The notes below the pieces were generated by a model that worked only from the letters and a program-made list of their open reading frames with translations, ran no database searches and was not told where the DNA came from. From assembly GCA_963801815.1 (NCBI GenBank), contig CAWDGJ010000008.1:68105-132104 (forward strand): 64,000 nucleotides of DNA, read 5' to 3'. A program made the translations under genes and the position numbers. Each line of letters opens with the position of its first letter. The first letter of the stretch is position 1. Origin of the DNA: an uncultured Verrucomicrobiae bacterium (GTDB taxonomy: Bacteria; Verrucomicrobiota; Verrucomicrobiia; Chthoniobacterales; UBA10450). Shown here in pieces: positions 1-10,104 of this stretch.

Positions 1-2
1 GC

Positions 3-284
3 GCGGGCGCCGCCGTCGTGGCCGGCGAAGATCGACAATTGCTTGGGATTTTTACTCATGGAGACTTCGCCCGGCATTTTCAATCCGACCCCAAAGTTGG
101 CGAGCGCCCGGTGGCCGACCTGATGACCCTGAATCCCGTGACCGTGCACAAGGACAAACTCGCGGTCGAGGTTCTCAATTTGCTCGAGACGCACCGCATC
201 GACGATCTGGTTGTGGTGGACGACGAAAAGGTGCCAGTAGGCGTGGTTGATTCACAAGACCTTACCCGCTTGAAGTTACTCTGA
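3..284 (+). CDS. C-terminal CBS domains of a probable KpsF/GutQ-family sugar-phosphate isomerase (5' partial)
   Basis: Open from window edge; LLGIFTHGDF...ADLMTLNPVTV...IDDLVVVD...VGVVDSQDL is a tandem CBS pattern. Confidence 0.7.
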   Translation, partial: AGAAVVAGEDRQLLGIFTHGDFARHFQSDPKVGERPVADLMTLNPVTVHKDKLAVEVLNLLETHRIDDLVVVDDEKVPVGVVDSQDLTRLKLL

Positions 285-313
285 GCGCGTGTAGACTCCG
301 CGCTCCGTTTTTC

Positions 314-343
314 CTCTCAACTCTCAAGCATCAACTATCAACT
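314..343. repeat. Heptamer tandem array just upstream of efp
   Basis: ctctcaa ctctcaa gcatcaa ctatcaa. Confidence 0.75.
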
Positions 344-348
344 TTTTC

Positions 349-909
349 ATGGCCGCAGCAGCTAACGATCTTCGCCGCGGAATGGCGATCAAGTATAACG
401 GTAACACCGCAATCGTGCTCGAAGTGCATCACCGTACTCCGGGGAACCTGCGTGCGTTCGTGCAGGCAATCATTCGCTACATTAATACCGGCAAAAGCGC
501 CGACGTCCGTTTCGGTTCCACTGACAAAGTGGAACTGGTCGACATCGAGCGAAAACAACTTGAGTTCAGTTACAAGGACCAAAACGGCTACAATTTCATG
601 GATCCGGAGACCTACGATACCGTCGTCTTTCAGGAAAATTTGATCGGAGACGCCAAAGATTACCTGGTCGAAAATCTGGCGGTCCAGGTCCTGTACGCCG
701 AAGGCAAGCCAGTGCAGATTGAAATGCCCGCGTCAGTCAGTTTGAAAATTGTCGAGTCAGCTGAAGGTTTGCGTGGCGATACTGCCAGTAACGTGACCAA
801 ACCGGCTAAGCTCGAGACGGGCAAGACAATCAACGTCCCGCTGTTCATAAAAGAAGGCGAAACCGTCAAGATCGACACCCGGACCGGCGCTTACATGGGC
901 CGTGCCTAG
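349..909 (+). CDS. efp: Elongation factor P
   Basis: HRTPGNLRAFVQ loop, YNFMDPETY, C-terminal VPLFIKEGETVKIDTRTGAYMGRA. Confidence 0.97.
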   Translation: MAAAANDLRRGMAIKYNGNTAIVLEVHHRTPGNLRAFVQAIIRYINTGKSADVRFGSTDKVELVDIERKQLEFSYKDQNGYNFMDPETYDTVVFQENLIGDAKDYLVENLAVQVLYAEGKPVQIEMPASVSLKIVESAEGLRGDTASNVTKPAKLETGKTINVPLFIKEGETVKIDTRTGAYMGRA

Positions 910-995
910 CACTCTTCCTCTTCCTCCTAGTCTCACTCTTTGCGCCAAAGACTCCCCGTGGTGATATAGAGACGTTTTGCGATAGAATCGCACCG

Positions 996-1805
996 ATGAA
1001 TCGAAGATCGGGAAGGGTCCGCAGCCAGAAGACGTCCCGCGGAGTGAAAGCCGCGCATTATGTCCAACCGACACGCCGGGGCTCCGGGGCGATGACATCC
1101 CTCATGGTCCCCACTCGATGGGTAAAATTTTTCTTCGGAATTTTTCTCCTCCCGGTCTGCGGGATCGCGACTCAGACTTTCTTCACCGCGTTCGCGCGCG
1201 CGACCGTCTCTCAACACTTATGGACCGCTGAACCGTTTTGGTTTTTTTCGCTGGGCGCGGTCCTCTGGCTCATCGCGTTTATGGGCCTGCCGCGGCCGAT
1301 TCTTCTCTATGTTTTCGGCCACGAGGTGACTCACGCAATTTGGGTTTGGTTAATGGGCGGCCGCGTCAGCCGTTTCCGCGTCGGACGCGACGGCGGCCAC
1401 ATTGTCACCAATCGAACGAATTTTTGGATTGCGCTGGCGCCGTATTTTTTCCCGTTCTACAGCATTCTCGCCATCGCGATTTACGGTGTGCTCAGCATTT
1501 TCTACAACGTGCAACCGTACGGCCGATTGCTTTACGCTATCATCGGCGCGACTTGGGCGTTTCATCTCACGTTCACCTGCTGGATGATCCCAAAAAGCCA
1601 AAGCGACCTTCGGGATCACGGCACATTTTTCTCACTCGTTGTGATCTACCTGATGAACCTTGTTCTTCTGTCGGTGCTATTAATCGTCGCCTCGCCCCAC
1701 ATCACATTCACAAGCTTCGGAGCAGATCTCGCGAAAAACCTCGGAAACTTTTCCCACTGGTTGAGTGATTTGACGGAGCGATTCGCCCGAGGCACACAAC
1801 ATTAG
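996..1805 (+). CDS. Membrane protein, M50-like metallopeptidase (start may be 1092)
   Basis: Several hydrophobic helices, HEVTH zinc motif, LAPYFFP. Confidence 0.65.
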   Translation: MNRRSGRVRSQKTSRGVKAAHYVQPTRRGSGAMTSLMVPTRWVKFFFGIFLLPVCGIATQTFFTAFARATVSQHLWTAEPFWFFSLGAVLWLIAFMGLPRPILLYVFGHEVTHAIWVWLMGGRVSRFRVGRDGGHIVTNRTNFWIALAPYFFPFYSILAIAIYGVLSIFYNVQPYGRLLYAIIGATWAFHLTFTCWMIPKSQSDLRDHGTFFSLVVIYLMNLVLLSVLLIVASPHITFTSFGADLAKNLGNFSHWLSDLTERFARGTQH

Positions 1806-4651
1806 TTCGCCAGGATTGCGAACGGCAGCACCGGCATCGCGTCAGCAACTCGAATCTGATGATTTTGAATTGGCGATTCACGCCCGGTAAAAATTTCGCG
1901 CGTCTGGCCGACGGCCATCGCTTCGGGCAGGTCGATCGTAGTGTCTTTCCAACGGTCGCCGGCAGGCGGGAAGCCGACGCGCGACGAAAGTCGCGGCGCG
2001 ATTACGACGATCCACTTCGCACCCAACTGCCGCGCAAAGGCAATGCAATTATCGGCAAATGTGCCGACCGGGTGTAGCGGCACATAATTTCCATTTTGGA
2101 AAAGATCGACATTTTCCGTCCGAAAATGCAGCGCTCGTTGCGTCAGAAACATTTTGATTCGGCCGTCGGGCCAGTTTTGCAACAGTTCCTCCGGCGTTTT
2201 GCTGGACAAACACGACAGCATTTTCGCGCGCAATTTGTAATCGACGCGCCGGCGATTGTCGGGATCGACTAGCGAGAAATCCCAAATCTCATTTCCCTGA
2301 TAAATGTCCGGAACGCCCGGCGAAGTCAGTTTCAGCAAAGTTTGAGAAAGTGAGTTGATCGCGCCCAGTCGCGCGATTTCCGCCGCGACCGGGAGAAAAA
2401 GCGGAAGGAATTTGTTTTTCGGCGTCGGATCCAGAATTCGCGCCACGAAATCACGCGTCGCGGCCAGCCAGGGCTCGTTAGGCCGGATCCAACTTGTGTT
2501 GAGCTTGGCTTCGTTCAACGCCTTGGTCATGTAATTCTGGATCCGGTCGACGTATTCGAGACCGACGTCTCGCTGCGGCGCTCCATCCGGCCCGATTGGC
2601 CACGTCCCAAGCAAAGTTTGATATAGCAAATACTCCTCGTTCGCGTCCGGCGCTTCCATGTCATCGACATCTTTTTTCCAGCGACGATTCGCGGTTCGCC
2701 ATTTTTGAAGCGAACGCCGCCAGGTCTCGACCATTTCGGAAATCGCGAGCATTCGCGCGCGAACATCTTCGCTCCGCTTCGTATCGTGACTGGAGGTCGC
2801 GAGCAACGTTGCCGGCCAGTTGCGTTGTCGATCCAAATTCCGTTCGTGAAATGCTTCGACGCTCAGTCCGAATTGCTGCGGCTCGCCGCCGACCTCGTTC
2901 AACGCGGCGAGTCGATTGTAAATGTAAAAGACCGTGTCCTCGAGACCTTTCGCCATGATTGGCCCGGTGAACTGCTGAAACTTGAGGACGAAGTGCGTAT
3001 GTTCCTCGCGCGCCTGCGCGTCGAGGTTTTCCGGAAATCGAAACAGCAAAATATCGCGCAGAAAATTGAAGATCGATTCTTCGATCGCTGGGTTGCGCCG
3101 CTTGGCTGCGGCGATTGCGCGCTCGAGGACTTGCCGATCTTCTTCGCTGACCGGCTGACCAGGAGCGAGATACGTTCGATAAACCGGGAAACAGGCGATC
3201 GTTTCCCGAACCGCCCGGGCCAGCGCTTCAAATGTGAAGTCGCGATACCAGCGATTTTTCTCAGACAAGCGATCGAGCATATTGCCGAGGATTTCGACCT
3301 CGTTCGCGAGCGCGATTCGCATAACCAGGCGCTTCTTGGCGTAAACGAGGTGGCCGAAATGCATCGTGTGACCGATGAACCGGTGAAATGTTTTGGTGAT
3401 CGCCGCTTCTGCCGAAGTGTCTGCTAAAACGCCGGCCACTTGATTGGTGAAATCGTAACCCGTAGTACCGTGCACCGGCCAATCGCCGCGCAGTTTCTCC
3501 GCTCCGATAAGAACTTTTTCGACGATCAGATAGACGGCACGTCCATCTTTCGGCAGCGTTACGCCAAGCGCTTTGCCGCTGCGCCGCTGAAGTTTCTCCA
3601 GATATTCCCTGGGAAGATACAAACCGTCTGGATGATCGATCCGCAACCCAGTGACCGCTCCGGTGCGGACGAGGTCCAGGACCAGCTCGTGCGCGGCCTC
3701 GAACACTTCGGGTAACTCCATCCGGATCGCGGCCAGATCGTTTACGTCGAAAAACCGGCGATAATTAATTTCTTCCGCCGCAACTCGCCAGAACGCGAGA
3801 CGATAAGATTGCGCGTTGAGCAGTTCGTCGAGTTTATCGAAACTGCGCGGGTCGCCCGGGCGTCCGTTGATTTGCGCGAGCGCCTGTTCGATCGCGCGTT
3901 GCACTTGCGGTGCTTCCTGGCATCGTCGCTCGAGTCGGCGTTTCACAATTTCCTTTTCTCGCGCGCGCTCGGCAATTTTTTCAGGATCGATTTCGGTCCG
4001 GCGCGGCAAATACTCGAGCGCGGTCAGAATACTTTGGAACTCGGCGTAAAAGGCTTCGTCCTTGTACTCGGCAAGATTTTCCAGCGCCAACTCGAGCACG
4101 TGGCGATAGGTCCCCGGTGCGATTGGAAACTGTTGCTTTCGATATTCGAGACAGAAAGCGCCCTCGTCGAAAACTACTTTGAATTCGCCACGCTCCAGCA
4201 CGCGTCCGTATTGGTCGGTCAAGATTGGGAGAAGAACTTTATCGTGAAGGTCCGACTTCAGCGGATGCCAGTCGATGTCAAAGTACGGCGCATACATTGA
4301 GCTGGGGCCATTTTCGAGCACGTCCATCCACCATTTGTTGCCCGACTGCATGACGCCCATGTGATTCGGCACGAAATCCAGAACCTGACCCATGCCGCTC
4401 GCGCGCAGTTCCGCCACGAACGAATCGTATTCTTCGCGTGAGCCGATCGCCGCATTCAGCTGATTATGATCGGTGATGTCATAACCGTGCATGCTATCCG
4501 GGCTCGCCTGGAAATACGGCGAGGCATAAACGTCGCTGACTCCGAGCTCATGAAGGTACGGAACAATCTCTCGCGCCTGTGCAAACGTGAACCGTCGGTT
4601 GAACTGCAACCGGTAGGTACAAACTGGAATGCGCGGATGTTCGGTTTTCAT
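1802..4651 (-). CDS. treY: Malto-oligosyltrehalose synthase (GH13)
   Basis: TYRLQF, HGYD, DFVPNHMG, INYRRFFDVNDLA, GLRIDHPDGL, HDTKRSED, SLVDPDNRR; start placed at ATG 4651. Confidence 0.95.
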   Translation of the reverse strand: MKTEHPRIPVCTYRLQFNRRFTFAQAREIVPYLHELGVSDVYASPYFQASPDSMHGYDITDHNQLNAAIGSREEYDSFVAELRASGMGQVLDFVPNHMGVMQSGNKWWMDVLENGPSSMYAPYFDIDWHPLKSDLHDKVLLPILTDQYGRVLERGEFKVVFDEGAFCLEYRKQQFPIAPGTYRHVLELALENLAEYKDEAFYAEFQSILTALEYLPRRTEIDPEKIAERAREKEIVKRRLERRCQEAPQVQRAIEQALAQINGRPGDPRSFDKLDELLNAQSYRLAFWRVAAEEINYRRFFDVNDLAAIRMELPEVFEAAHELVLDLVRTGAVTGLRIDHPDGLYLPREYLEKLQRRSGKALGVTLPKDGRAVYLIVEKVLIGAEKLRGDWPVHGTTGYDFTNQVAGVLADTSAEAAITKTFHRFIGHTMHFGHLVYAKKRLVMRIALANEVEILGNMLDRLSEKNRWYRDFTFEALARAVRETIACFPVYRTYLAPGQPVSEEDRQVLERAIAAAKRRNPAIEESIFNFLRDILLFRFPENLDAQAREEHTHFVLKFQQFTGPIMAKGLEDTVFYIYNRLAALNEVGGEPQQFGLSVEAFHERNLDRQRNWPATLLATSSHDTKRSEDVRARMLAISEMVETWRRSLQKWRTANRRWKKDVDDMEAPDANEEYLLYQTLLGTWPIGPDGAPQRDVGLEYVDRIQNYMTKALNEAKLNTSWIRPNEPWLAATRDFVARILDPTPKNKFLPLFLPVAAEIARLGAINSLSQTLLKLTSPGVPDIYQGNEIWDFSLVDPDNRRRVDYKLRAKMLSCLSSKTPEELLQNWPDGRIKMFLTQRALHFRTENVDLFQNGNYVPLHPVGTFADNCIAFARQLGAKWIVVIAPRLSSRVGFPPAGDRWKDTTIDLPEAMAVGQTREIFTGRESPIQNHQIRVADAMPVLPFAILAN

Positions 4652-4663
4652 GAGACCGAAGCA

Positions 4664-4750
4664 AACGTCGAACGCTGAACGCCGAACGTCCAACGCCGAA
4701 TGCAGAATCTGATCTCGCCTTCCGGTGCTCGAGATTGGGCGTTCGAAGTT
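4664..4750. repeat. Heptamer array with partial inverted arm between argS and treY
   Basis: aacgtcg aacgctg aacgccg aacgtcc aacgccg aatgcag ... ttgggcgttcgaagtt. Confidence 0.8.
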
Positions 4751-4754
4751 TGCC

Positions 4755-6479
4755 TTACATTCTCTCCGGCACCTTGATGCCTAACAAATCGAGTCCGCGC
4801 TGCAACACGCGGCCGGTCAAATCGCATAGCGCGAGACGGGACCCCCGTGTCGGCTCGTCCGACTTCAGAACCGGGCAGGCTTCGTAGAAACCGTGAAAAT
4901 TATTCGCCAGCTCGAAAAGATAGTTTGCCAGAATGTTTGGCCGGAAATCGTTCAGTACCTGAGGAACAATCTCAGCGAACTGGCAAAGTCGTCGCGCCAG
5001 ATTGATCTCCGTCGCTTCAAGCAATTGGAAATTCGTTAGACTCGACGGTTTAAAGCCATTGAGTTCGCGTTCGGTCGCTTTCCGAAAGATCGAGCGAATT
5101 CGGACATAGGCGTTTTGCAAATAGGGCGCGGTGTTCCCTTGCAACGCGAGCATCTTGTCCCAGGAAAAAACGTAATCGGTCATCCGATACTGCACGAGAT
5201 CGGCGTACTTGACCGAGCCGATACCAATCGTGCGGGCGATGTCGTTCTTTTCCTGTTCGGTTAAGTCCGGATTTTTTTCTTCGATGATTTTGCGCGCGCG
5301 GCTGCACGCTTCTTGGAGCAACTGCCGAAGCGGGACGTTGTCGCCCGAACGTGTCTTCATCAGCTTTCGGTCTTCGCCAAGAACGTTGCCGAACGGAATG
5401 TGACGGAACTCCGCCTTGAACCCTTCGCGGCGTGCGATCTCGAAAATTTGTTTGAAGTGCAATGTTTGCGGCGCACCGACCACGTACCAGAGCGTATCGC
5501 GCTTCAATTCATTGATTCGGTACTCGACGGTCGCGATGTCGCTCGTGGCGTAATTGAATCCGCCGTCGCTCTTGCGAATAATGCACGGTTTGTCGGCAAG
5601 CTCTGGTATCTCGTGGAAGAAAACGACGACCGCCCCTTCGCTGACCTCAGCAATCTTCGATTTGAGCAAACGATCAACGACACCAGCGAGGCGATCGTTA
5701 TAAAAGCTTTCGCCGCACTGGAGGTCATAGTGAATATCGAGCAATTCGTAAACATGCTCGAAGTCCTGCATGGAAAGTGCGACGCATTCGTTCCAGATAT
5801 CGAGGTTTTCCTTGTCGCCGGATTGAAGCTTAACCAGCTCCTGGCGGCAGGCTTCACGCACTGCGGGGTCGGCTGTCGATCTTGCGTTTGCCTCTTTGTA
5901 AATCCGAACAATCTCGGCGAGTGGCTCACGCTGGAGCGCATCGCGATTGAGGAGGTTTTTCCAACCCCAGATCACCATTCCGAACTGCGTGCCCCAATCC
6001 CCGATGTGATTGTCGCGGATGACGTCGTGGCCAAGAAACGAGGCAATCCGCGCGAGCGCGTCGCCGAGCGCGGTGCTGCGGATGTGACCGACGTGCATCG
6101 GCTTGGCCACGTTTGGCGAGCCGAAGTCGATCACGATTTTTTTCGGCGAGATCGATTCTGTAACTCCGAGGCGTTCGTCCGCGAACAGCCCCAGGGTTTG
6201 CCCGGCAATCGCGTCGGTGCGCAATCTGAAATTGATGAAACCCGCGCCAGCGACAGTTGGTGTCTCGGAAACGTCGGCGATGTCGAGATGTTTCAGGATT
6301 TTTTCAGCGACGTTTCTCGGATTTTCACCGCGTTGTTTTCCCAAAACAAGCGCCGCGTTCGTCTGGTAATCGCCAAAGCGTGGATCGGTCGCCTGGGTCA
6401 GGTCGCCGGCATCCGGCAATCCGGCTTTCGCCAGGGCGTGAGCCAATTTTTTCGCGAGAATTTCCTGGAACGTTTGCAT
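4755..6479 (-). CDS. argS: Arginine--tRNA ligase
   Basis: FGDYQTN, SPNVAKPMHVGHIRS (HIGH), MKTRSG, GNTAPYLQNAYVRIRSI, C-terminal PERM. Confidence 0.97.
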   Translation of the reverse strand: MQTFQEILAKKLAHALAKAGLPDAGDLTQATDPRFGDYQTNAALVLGKQRGENPRNVAEKILKHLDIADVSETPTVAGAGFINFRLRTDAIAGQTLGLFADERLGVTESISPKKIVIDFGSPNVAKPMHVGHIRSTALGDALARIASFLGHDVIRDNHIGDWGTQFGMVIWGWKNLLNRDALQREPLAEIVRIYKEANARSTADPAVREACRQELVKLQSGDKENLDIWNECVALSMQDFEHVYELLDIHYDLQCGESFYNDRLAGVVDRLLKSKIAEVSEGAVVVFFHEIPELADKPCIIRKSDGGFNYATSDIATVEYRINELKRDTLWYVVGAPQTLHFKQIFEIARREGFKAEFRHIPFGNVLGEDRKLMKTRSGDNVPLRQLLQEACSRARKIIEEKNPDLTEQEKNDIARTIGIGSVKYADLVQYRMTDYVFSWDKMLALQGNTAPYLQNAYVRIRSIFRKATERELNGFKPSSLTNFQLLEATEINLARRLCQFAEIVPQVLNDFRPNILANYLFELANNFHGFYEACPVLKSDEPTRGSRLALCDLTGRVLQRGLDLLGIKVPERM

Positions 6480-6519
6480 TCGAGTTCCACTTTAGCCGCT
6501 TCGCCACGCGAAGCGAGAG

Positions 6520-6607
6520 GGTGGATCGAGCAGTCCCTTGCTCGATGTTAAACTTTGCGGCGAAGCCGCATTTATTCCAGCATCGCCCGCGGAGCGGCTG
6601 ATCCACC
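6520..6607. mobile_element. 88-bp palindromic MITE/REP-like element with GGTGGATC...GATCCACC ends (copy 1)
   Basis: Terminal inverted repeat, central gcggcgaagccgc hairpin; diverged inverted copy at 40492-40578. Confidence 0.75.
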
Positions 6608-7074
6608 TACACTTTTTGCGCCGAGCTCTGGAAGATCGACAGGATCTCTTGAGTGGATTTGGCGTTCGCGAGTTTATCACGCGTGCCGCGATCGTTCAGG
6701 AACTTGGCTATTGAGGCCAAAGTGCGCAGATGGGTCTGAAACTGGTTCTTGGGAACAATGAATAGCACGACGAACTTCACCGGCGCGTTATCGAGGGCAT
6801 CGAACTCGATGCCACTTGTCGACCGTCCAAATGCCGCAACCACATTGTCGATCCGATCGGAGGAGCAGTGCGGAATCGCGATCCCGAAGCCGATCCCGGT
6901 GCTCATCGTTTCCTCACGTTGTTTGAGTGAAGCGAGGATGCTGTCGCGATCTTCGGTTTTGATTTTGCCGAGGCTCACCAGCAAATCGATCAGTTCGACG
7001 ATGGCCGGCCAACGCTCGGTGGCCTTCATCTCGGGGACGATTTGTTCAGCCGAAAGTAGATTTCCCAACGACAT
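6607..7074 (-). CDS. PTS EIIA (Ntr/fructose-type) domain protein
   Basis: REETMSTGIGFGIAIPH, GIEFDALDNAPV. Confidence 0.9.
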   Translation of the reverse strand: MSLGNLLSAEQIVPEMKATERWPAIVELIDLLVSLGKIKTEDRDSILASLKQREETMSTGIGFGIAIPHCSSDRIDNVVAAFGRSTSGIEFDALDNAPVKFVVLFIVPKNQFQTHLRTLASIAKFLNDRGTRDKLANAKSTQEILSIFQSSAQKV

Positions 7075-7140
7075 GCAAATGCGCGATTTCGGGAGCGCAA
7101 GCTTAGCGGTGACGGTTACATTGACAAGCGCATTTCAGGC

Positions 7141-7839
7141 TCAGGAATCGCGTATTTTATAATTCAATCGCCTTGAAAGCAGCCATCGGACGCCGAACAT
7201 GTCCATCGTTGCCCGCCATGCGCGGCTACCGAAGCCATATTTCGTCTGGCCGAAACGGCGCGGGCGATGATTTACCGGAATCTCGACTAACCGATAGCCG
7301 GCACCGCGAACGAGCGCCGGAATGAATCGGTGCATTCCCTTGAATGGAACCAGCGCGTCGGCGCATTCGCGCCGCATCGCTTTAAGTGTGCAGCCCGTAT
7401 CGCGCACGTAATCCCTGGTAAACCGGCTGCGAACAAAATTCGCGATCCGACTCGTCAGACGTTTCGTCACCGTGTCCTTCCGTTTGACGCGATAACCGCA
7501 GGCCAAATCGGCTCCGCGCGAAACTTCCTCGACCAACCGCGGAATGTCGGCAGGATCGTTTTGCAGATCACTGTCGATCATAACGATCGTCTGACCGCGC
7601 GCGGCCTTGATCCCAGCGTAAAGAGCCGCGCTTTGGCCGGTATTTTTTTCAAACTGCAAGACCCGCACGTTCGGTGCGCGCTGAATCATGTCAGCGCTGC
7701 GATCAGTCGAGCCGTCGTCGACAAAAATGATTTCATGATCCAGGCCCGTGAGCGCGGTGCGCAACTCGGATTGCAAGATAGACATGTTCTCTTCTTCGTT
7801 GAAAACGGGAACGACAACCGAAACTGCCGGCGAGTTCAT
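7141..7839 (-). CDS. GT2 polyprenol-phosphate glycosyltransferase (ArnC/DPM1-like)
   Basis: SVVVPVFNEEEN, VDDGSTD, DSDLQNDP, HRFIP. Confidence 0.9.
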   Translation of the reverse strand: MNSPAVSVVVPVFNEEENMSILQSELRTALTGLDHEIIFVDDGSTDRSADMIQRAPNVRVLQFEKNTGQSAALYAGIKAARGQTIVMIDSDLQNDPADIPRLVEEVSRGADLACGYRVKRKDTVTKRLTSRIANFVRSRFTRDYVRDTGCTLKAMRRECADALVPFKGMHRFIPALVRGAGYRLVEIPVNHRPRRFGQTKYGFGSRAWRATMDMFGVRWLLSRRLNYKIRDS

Positions 7840-9407
7840 AACGGGAGCGTCCGGTAATGCCGGCAGAGGAACAGTTGCCAGTAGCGCACATGTTTGCCAA
7901 ACCGCTTCAACTCGATTGTTCCGAGTGGCTCTGTAGATTCGAATGCCGCGCGAATGTTATGAGGCGGTTTTTTCGCAAAGTTCCGGATCAATAGCGCGCT
8001 GCGGCCGACAAAAGGGTTTTCGCCTTTTTGTTCTGTAAAAGTTTCGTCCGGCGCTTGGTTCGCTCTTGCCGGAACGTCGACGAATTGGTCGTAGCGCGGC
8101 CAGAACGAGAACTCGTTAATCAAATCCTGCGACTCGACCAGATAGCACGGTGGATGTCCCGGGCCTTCGACGCGTTTGTCTTTCAGATAAAACGAAATCT
8201 CGGAGGCGCGATGACGTTCATCCGCGATCAGGAACAATCTCTCGCCGAGCTTACCTTCCAGCTCGGTGCGAATTCTCTCCACCTCGGCAGTCATCATTTT
8301 CCAGCCGCGAAGCCGGTCGCTCGGATCGCTGCGCCCAAAAGGGATGCCGGCGCTGCGAAGCAGATCGGAATCAAGAGCAAAAATGCTAATGACAAATCCG
8401 AGGAGCACCGCGGCCCCGAGAAAGGATCTCGTGACGCGAGACTGCGCGTGTTCCTGCCAATAATGGATCGCTAGCAATCCGAAACTAATAAAAGAGACCG
8501 CATCCCAGTTCGGCGTCGCGACGTGATTAATCGAAAGTAGAAAGTAAAAAGCGAATACCGGCGCGCCAAACCAGAAAAGGAACAGCACTTTGAATTGCTG
8601 ATTTACCCGGCGCCAGCCGGCGACCACCGCCCAGACCAGCGCGCCAAAAAGCAGGGGCGAATAGAAAATGAAATGTTCGCCGAAAAATTTGATCGGCTCG
8701 AGCGGCCTGAACCCGACGTGTTGGGTCAGGCTGCCGCGGGTGCGTAAATGAAGCAACGTGATCCAGGCGTGTTGGGCGTTCCAGACGATCGGCGGCAGCG
8801 TGCAGATGATGAAGATTCCGAGCAGCCAGTAGAAACCGGGCCGCTTGAATTCCTGTCGCAATCGCGGCGCGAACGCGAGGACCATGAGCACGCAGACAAC
8901 TTCGAATGCATTCGTAAACCGGCTGAGAAACCCGAGGCCGATTAGCAATCCGGTCAGCGGCCACCAAAACGAAAACCGCGGACTCTTTTCAACCGCCAGC
9001 CAGAACGTGAACATCGATGCGGTCCAAAAGAAAATCGACAACGCGTCGGTCGTCATGACGAATGCACCCACGTTAAATATTGGCGCGACGTTAAGTGCGA
9101 TCACCGCCCAGAGTCCGACGTTCTCGTTGAATAACCGCCGACCAAAATAGAAAAGGAGCAAACTTGAACCTGCCGCGAGGATCGGACTCCAAAAGCGCAC
9201 GCCAAACTCGGTCGGGCCGAAAACCGCCGTGCTCGCGCGAATCGCGAAGGCAATGCCTGGACCTTTGCTGAAATAACCGGGTGCGAGCCGCTCCGACCAC
9301 ATCCAGTAATGGGCCTCATCGAATTCGAGATCGGTGGATCCCAGCATCGACAATCGCACCAGCGTGAGGGCGAGGATGAACAGCCAGACTGCGCGCGTTT
9401 TGCTCAT
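7836..9407 (-). CDS. ArnT/PMT-like membrane glycosyltransferase (GT-C)
   Basis: DEAHYWMWS...GYFSKGPG motif, many TM helices. Confidence 0.85.
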   Translation of the reverse strand: MSKTRAVWLFILALTLVRLSMLGSTDLEFDEAHYWMWSERLAPGYFSKGPGIAFAIRASTAVFGPTEFGVRFWSPILAAGSSLLLFYFGRRLFNENVGLWAVIALNVAPIFNVGAFVMTTDALSIFFWTASMFTFWLAVEKSPRFSFWWPLTGLLIGLGFLSRFTNAFEVVCVLMVLAFAPRLRQEFKRPGFYWLLGIFIICTLPPIVWNAQHAWITLLHLRTRGSLTQHVGFRPLEPIKFFGEHFIFYSPLLFGALVWAVVAGWRRVNQQFKVLFLFWFGAPVFAFYFLLSINHVATPNWDAVSFISFGLLAIHYWQEHAQSRVTRSFLGAAVLLGFVISIFALDSDLLRSAGIPFGRSDPSDRLRGWKMMTAEVERIRTELEGKLGERLFLIADERHRASEISFYLKDKRVEGPGHPPCYLVESQDLINEFSFWPRYDQFVDVPARANQAPDETFTEQKGENPFVGRSALLIRNFAKKPPHNIRAAFESTEPLGTIELKRFGKHVRYWQLFLCRHYRTLPL

Positions 9408-10051
9408 CAGCTCGGATTAACGACCAAAGTTGGATGTGCCGCAAAGACTCGAGGTGCGAATTTCGGCGCCAGCCATCGCCAGAGTACTTCCAGCAGGACG
9501 AGAATAAAAAACGTTTCAGCCGCGGCCAGGAACACCGTGCCGATTACATCGCTCGGCCAGTGCGCGCCTAAATAAACGCGGGAATAACCGACGAGCGCGG
9601 CAAAAAACCAGTAGAGCCAACCGCGCTTGTAAAACAGCGTCAGACAAATCGCGGCGATCGTGTTGTTCACCATATGACCGGAAGGGAAAGACGGATCGCC
9701 TCGCTTGCGATCGGATTCGTCCGAGCGACGCACGACCGGCTTTTTGAAGATCGACATAAATTCGGGGCGGCCTTTTTCCAGTCGCACCATGCGAATCGAA
9801 TCGAGGTGCTTCGGTCGTTTGCGGTTGATCGCCGATTTCAAGGTGTTCGTCACTGGCTCGGCGATCACAATCGCGATCAGCAGACAAAAAATGCAGGCCC
9901 GCGCTCTGAACCCGCCAAACACCAACGCGGCGAAAATCACGATAATCAGCAACGGTTTCCACACGTCGGCGTCGCTAATGGCGGCCATGAACAAATCCAG
10001 CATTGGATTCGTCCAGCGTTCGTTGATCAGATGAAAAAGCTGCTGGTCCAT
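9407..10051 (-). CDS. PAP2-family membrane phosphatase
   Basis: K..INRKRP, SFPSGH, SRVYLGAHWPSDV. Confidence 0.92.
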   Translation of the reverse strand: MDQQLFHLINERWTNPMLDLFMAAISDADVWKPLLIIVIFAALVFGGFRARACIFCLLIAIVIAEPVTNTLKSAINRKRPKHLDSIRMVRLEKGRPEFMSIFKKPVVRRSDESDRKRGDPSFPSGHMVNNTIAAICLTLFYKRGWLYWFFAALVGYSRVYLGAHWPSDVIGTVFLAAAETFFILVLLEVLWRWLAPKFAPRVFAAHPTLVVNPS

Positions 10052-10104
10052 TTGCGTTCGGTGGGACGATAAGTGATTCGTTGAAGCGTTAAAGAGTTAA
10101 AGCG

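Noticed and set aside
5313..6551. Long antisense ORFs (also 51902-53101 and 56826-58028)
   Set aside because: Shadow frames of real genes in GC-rich DNA with no recognisable motifs.
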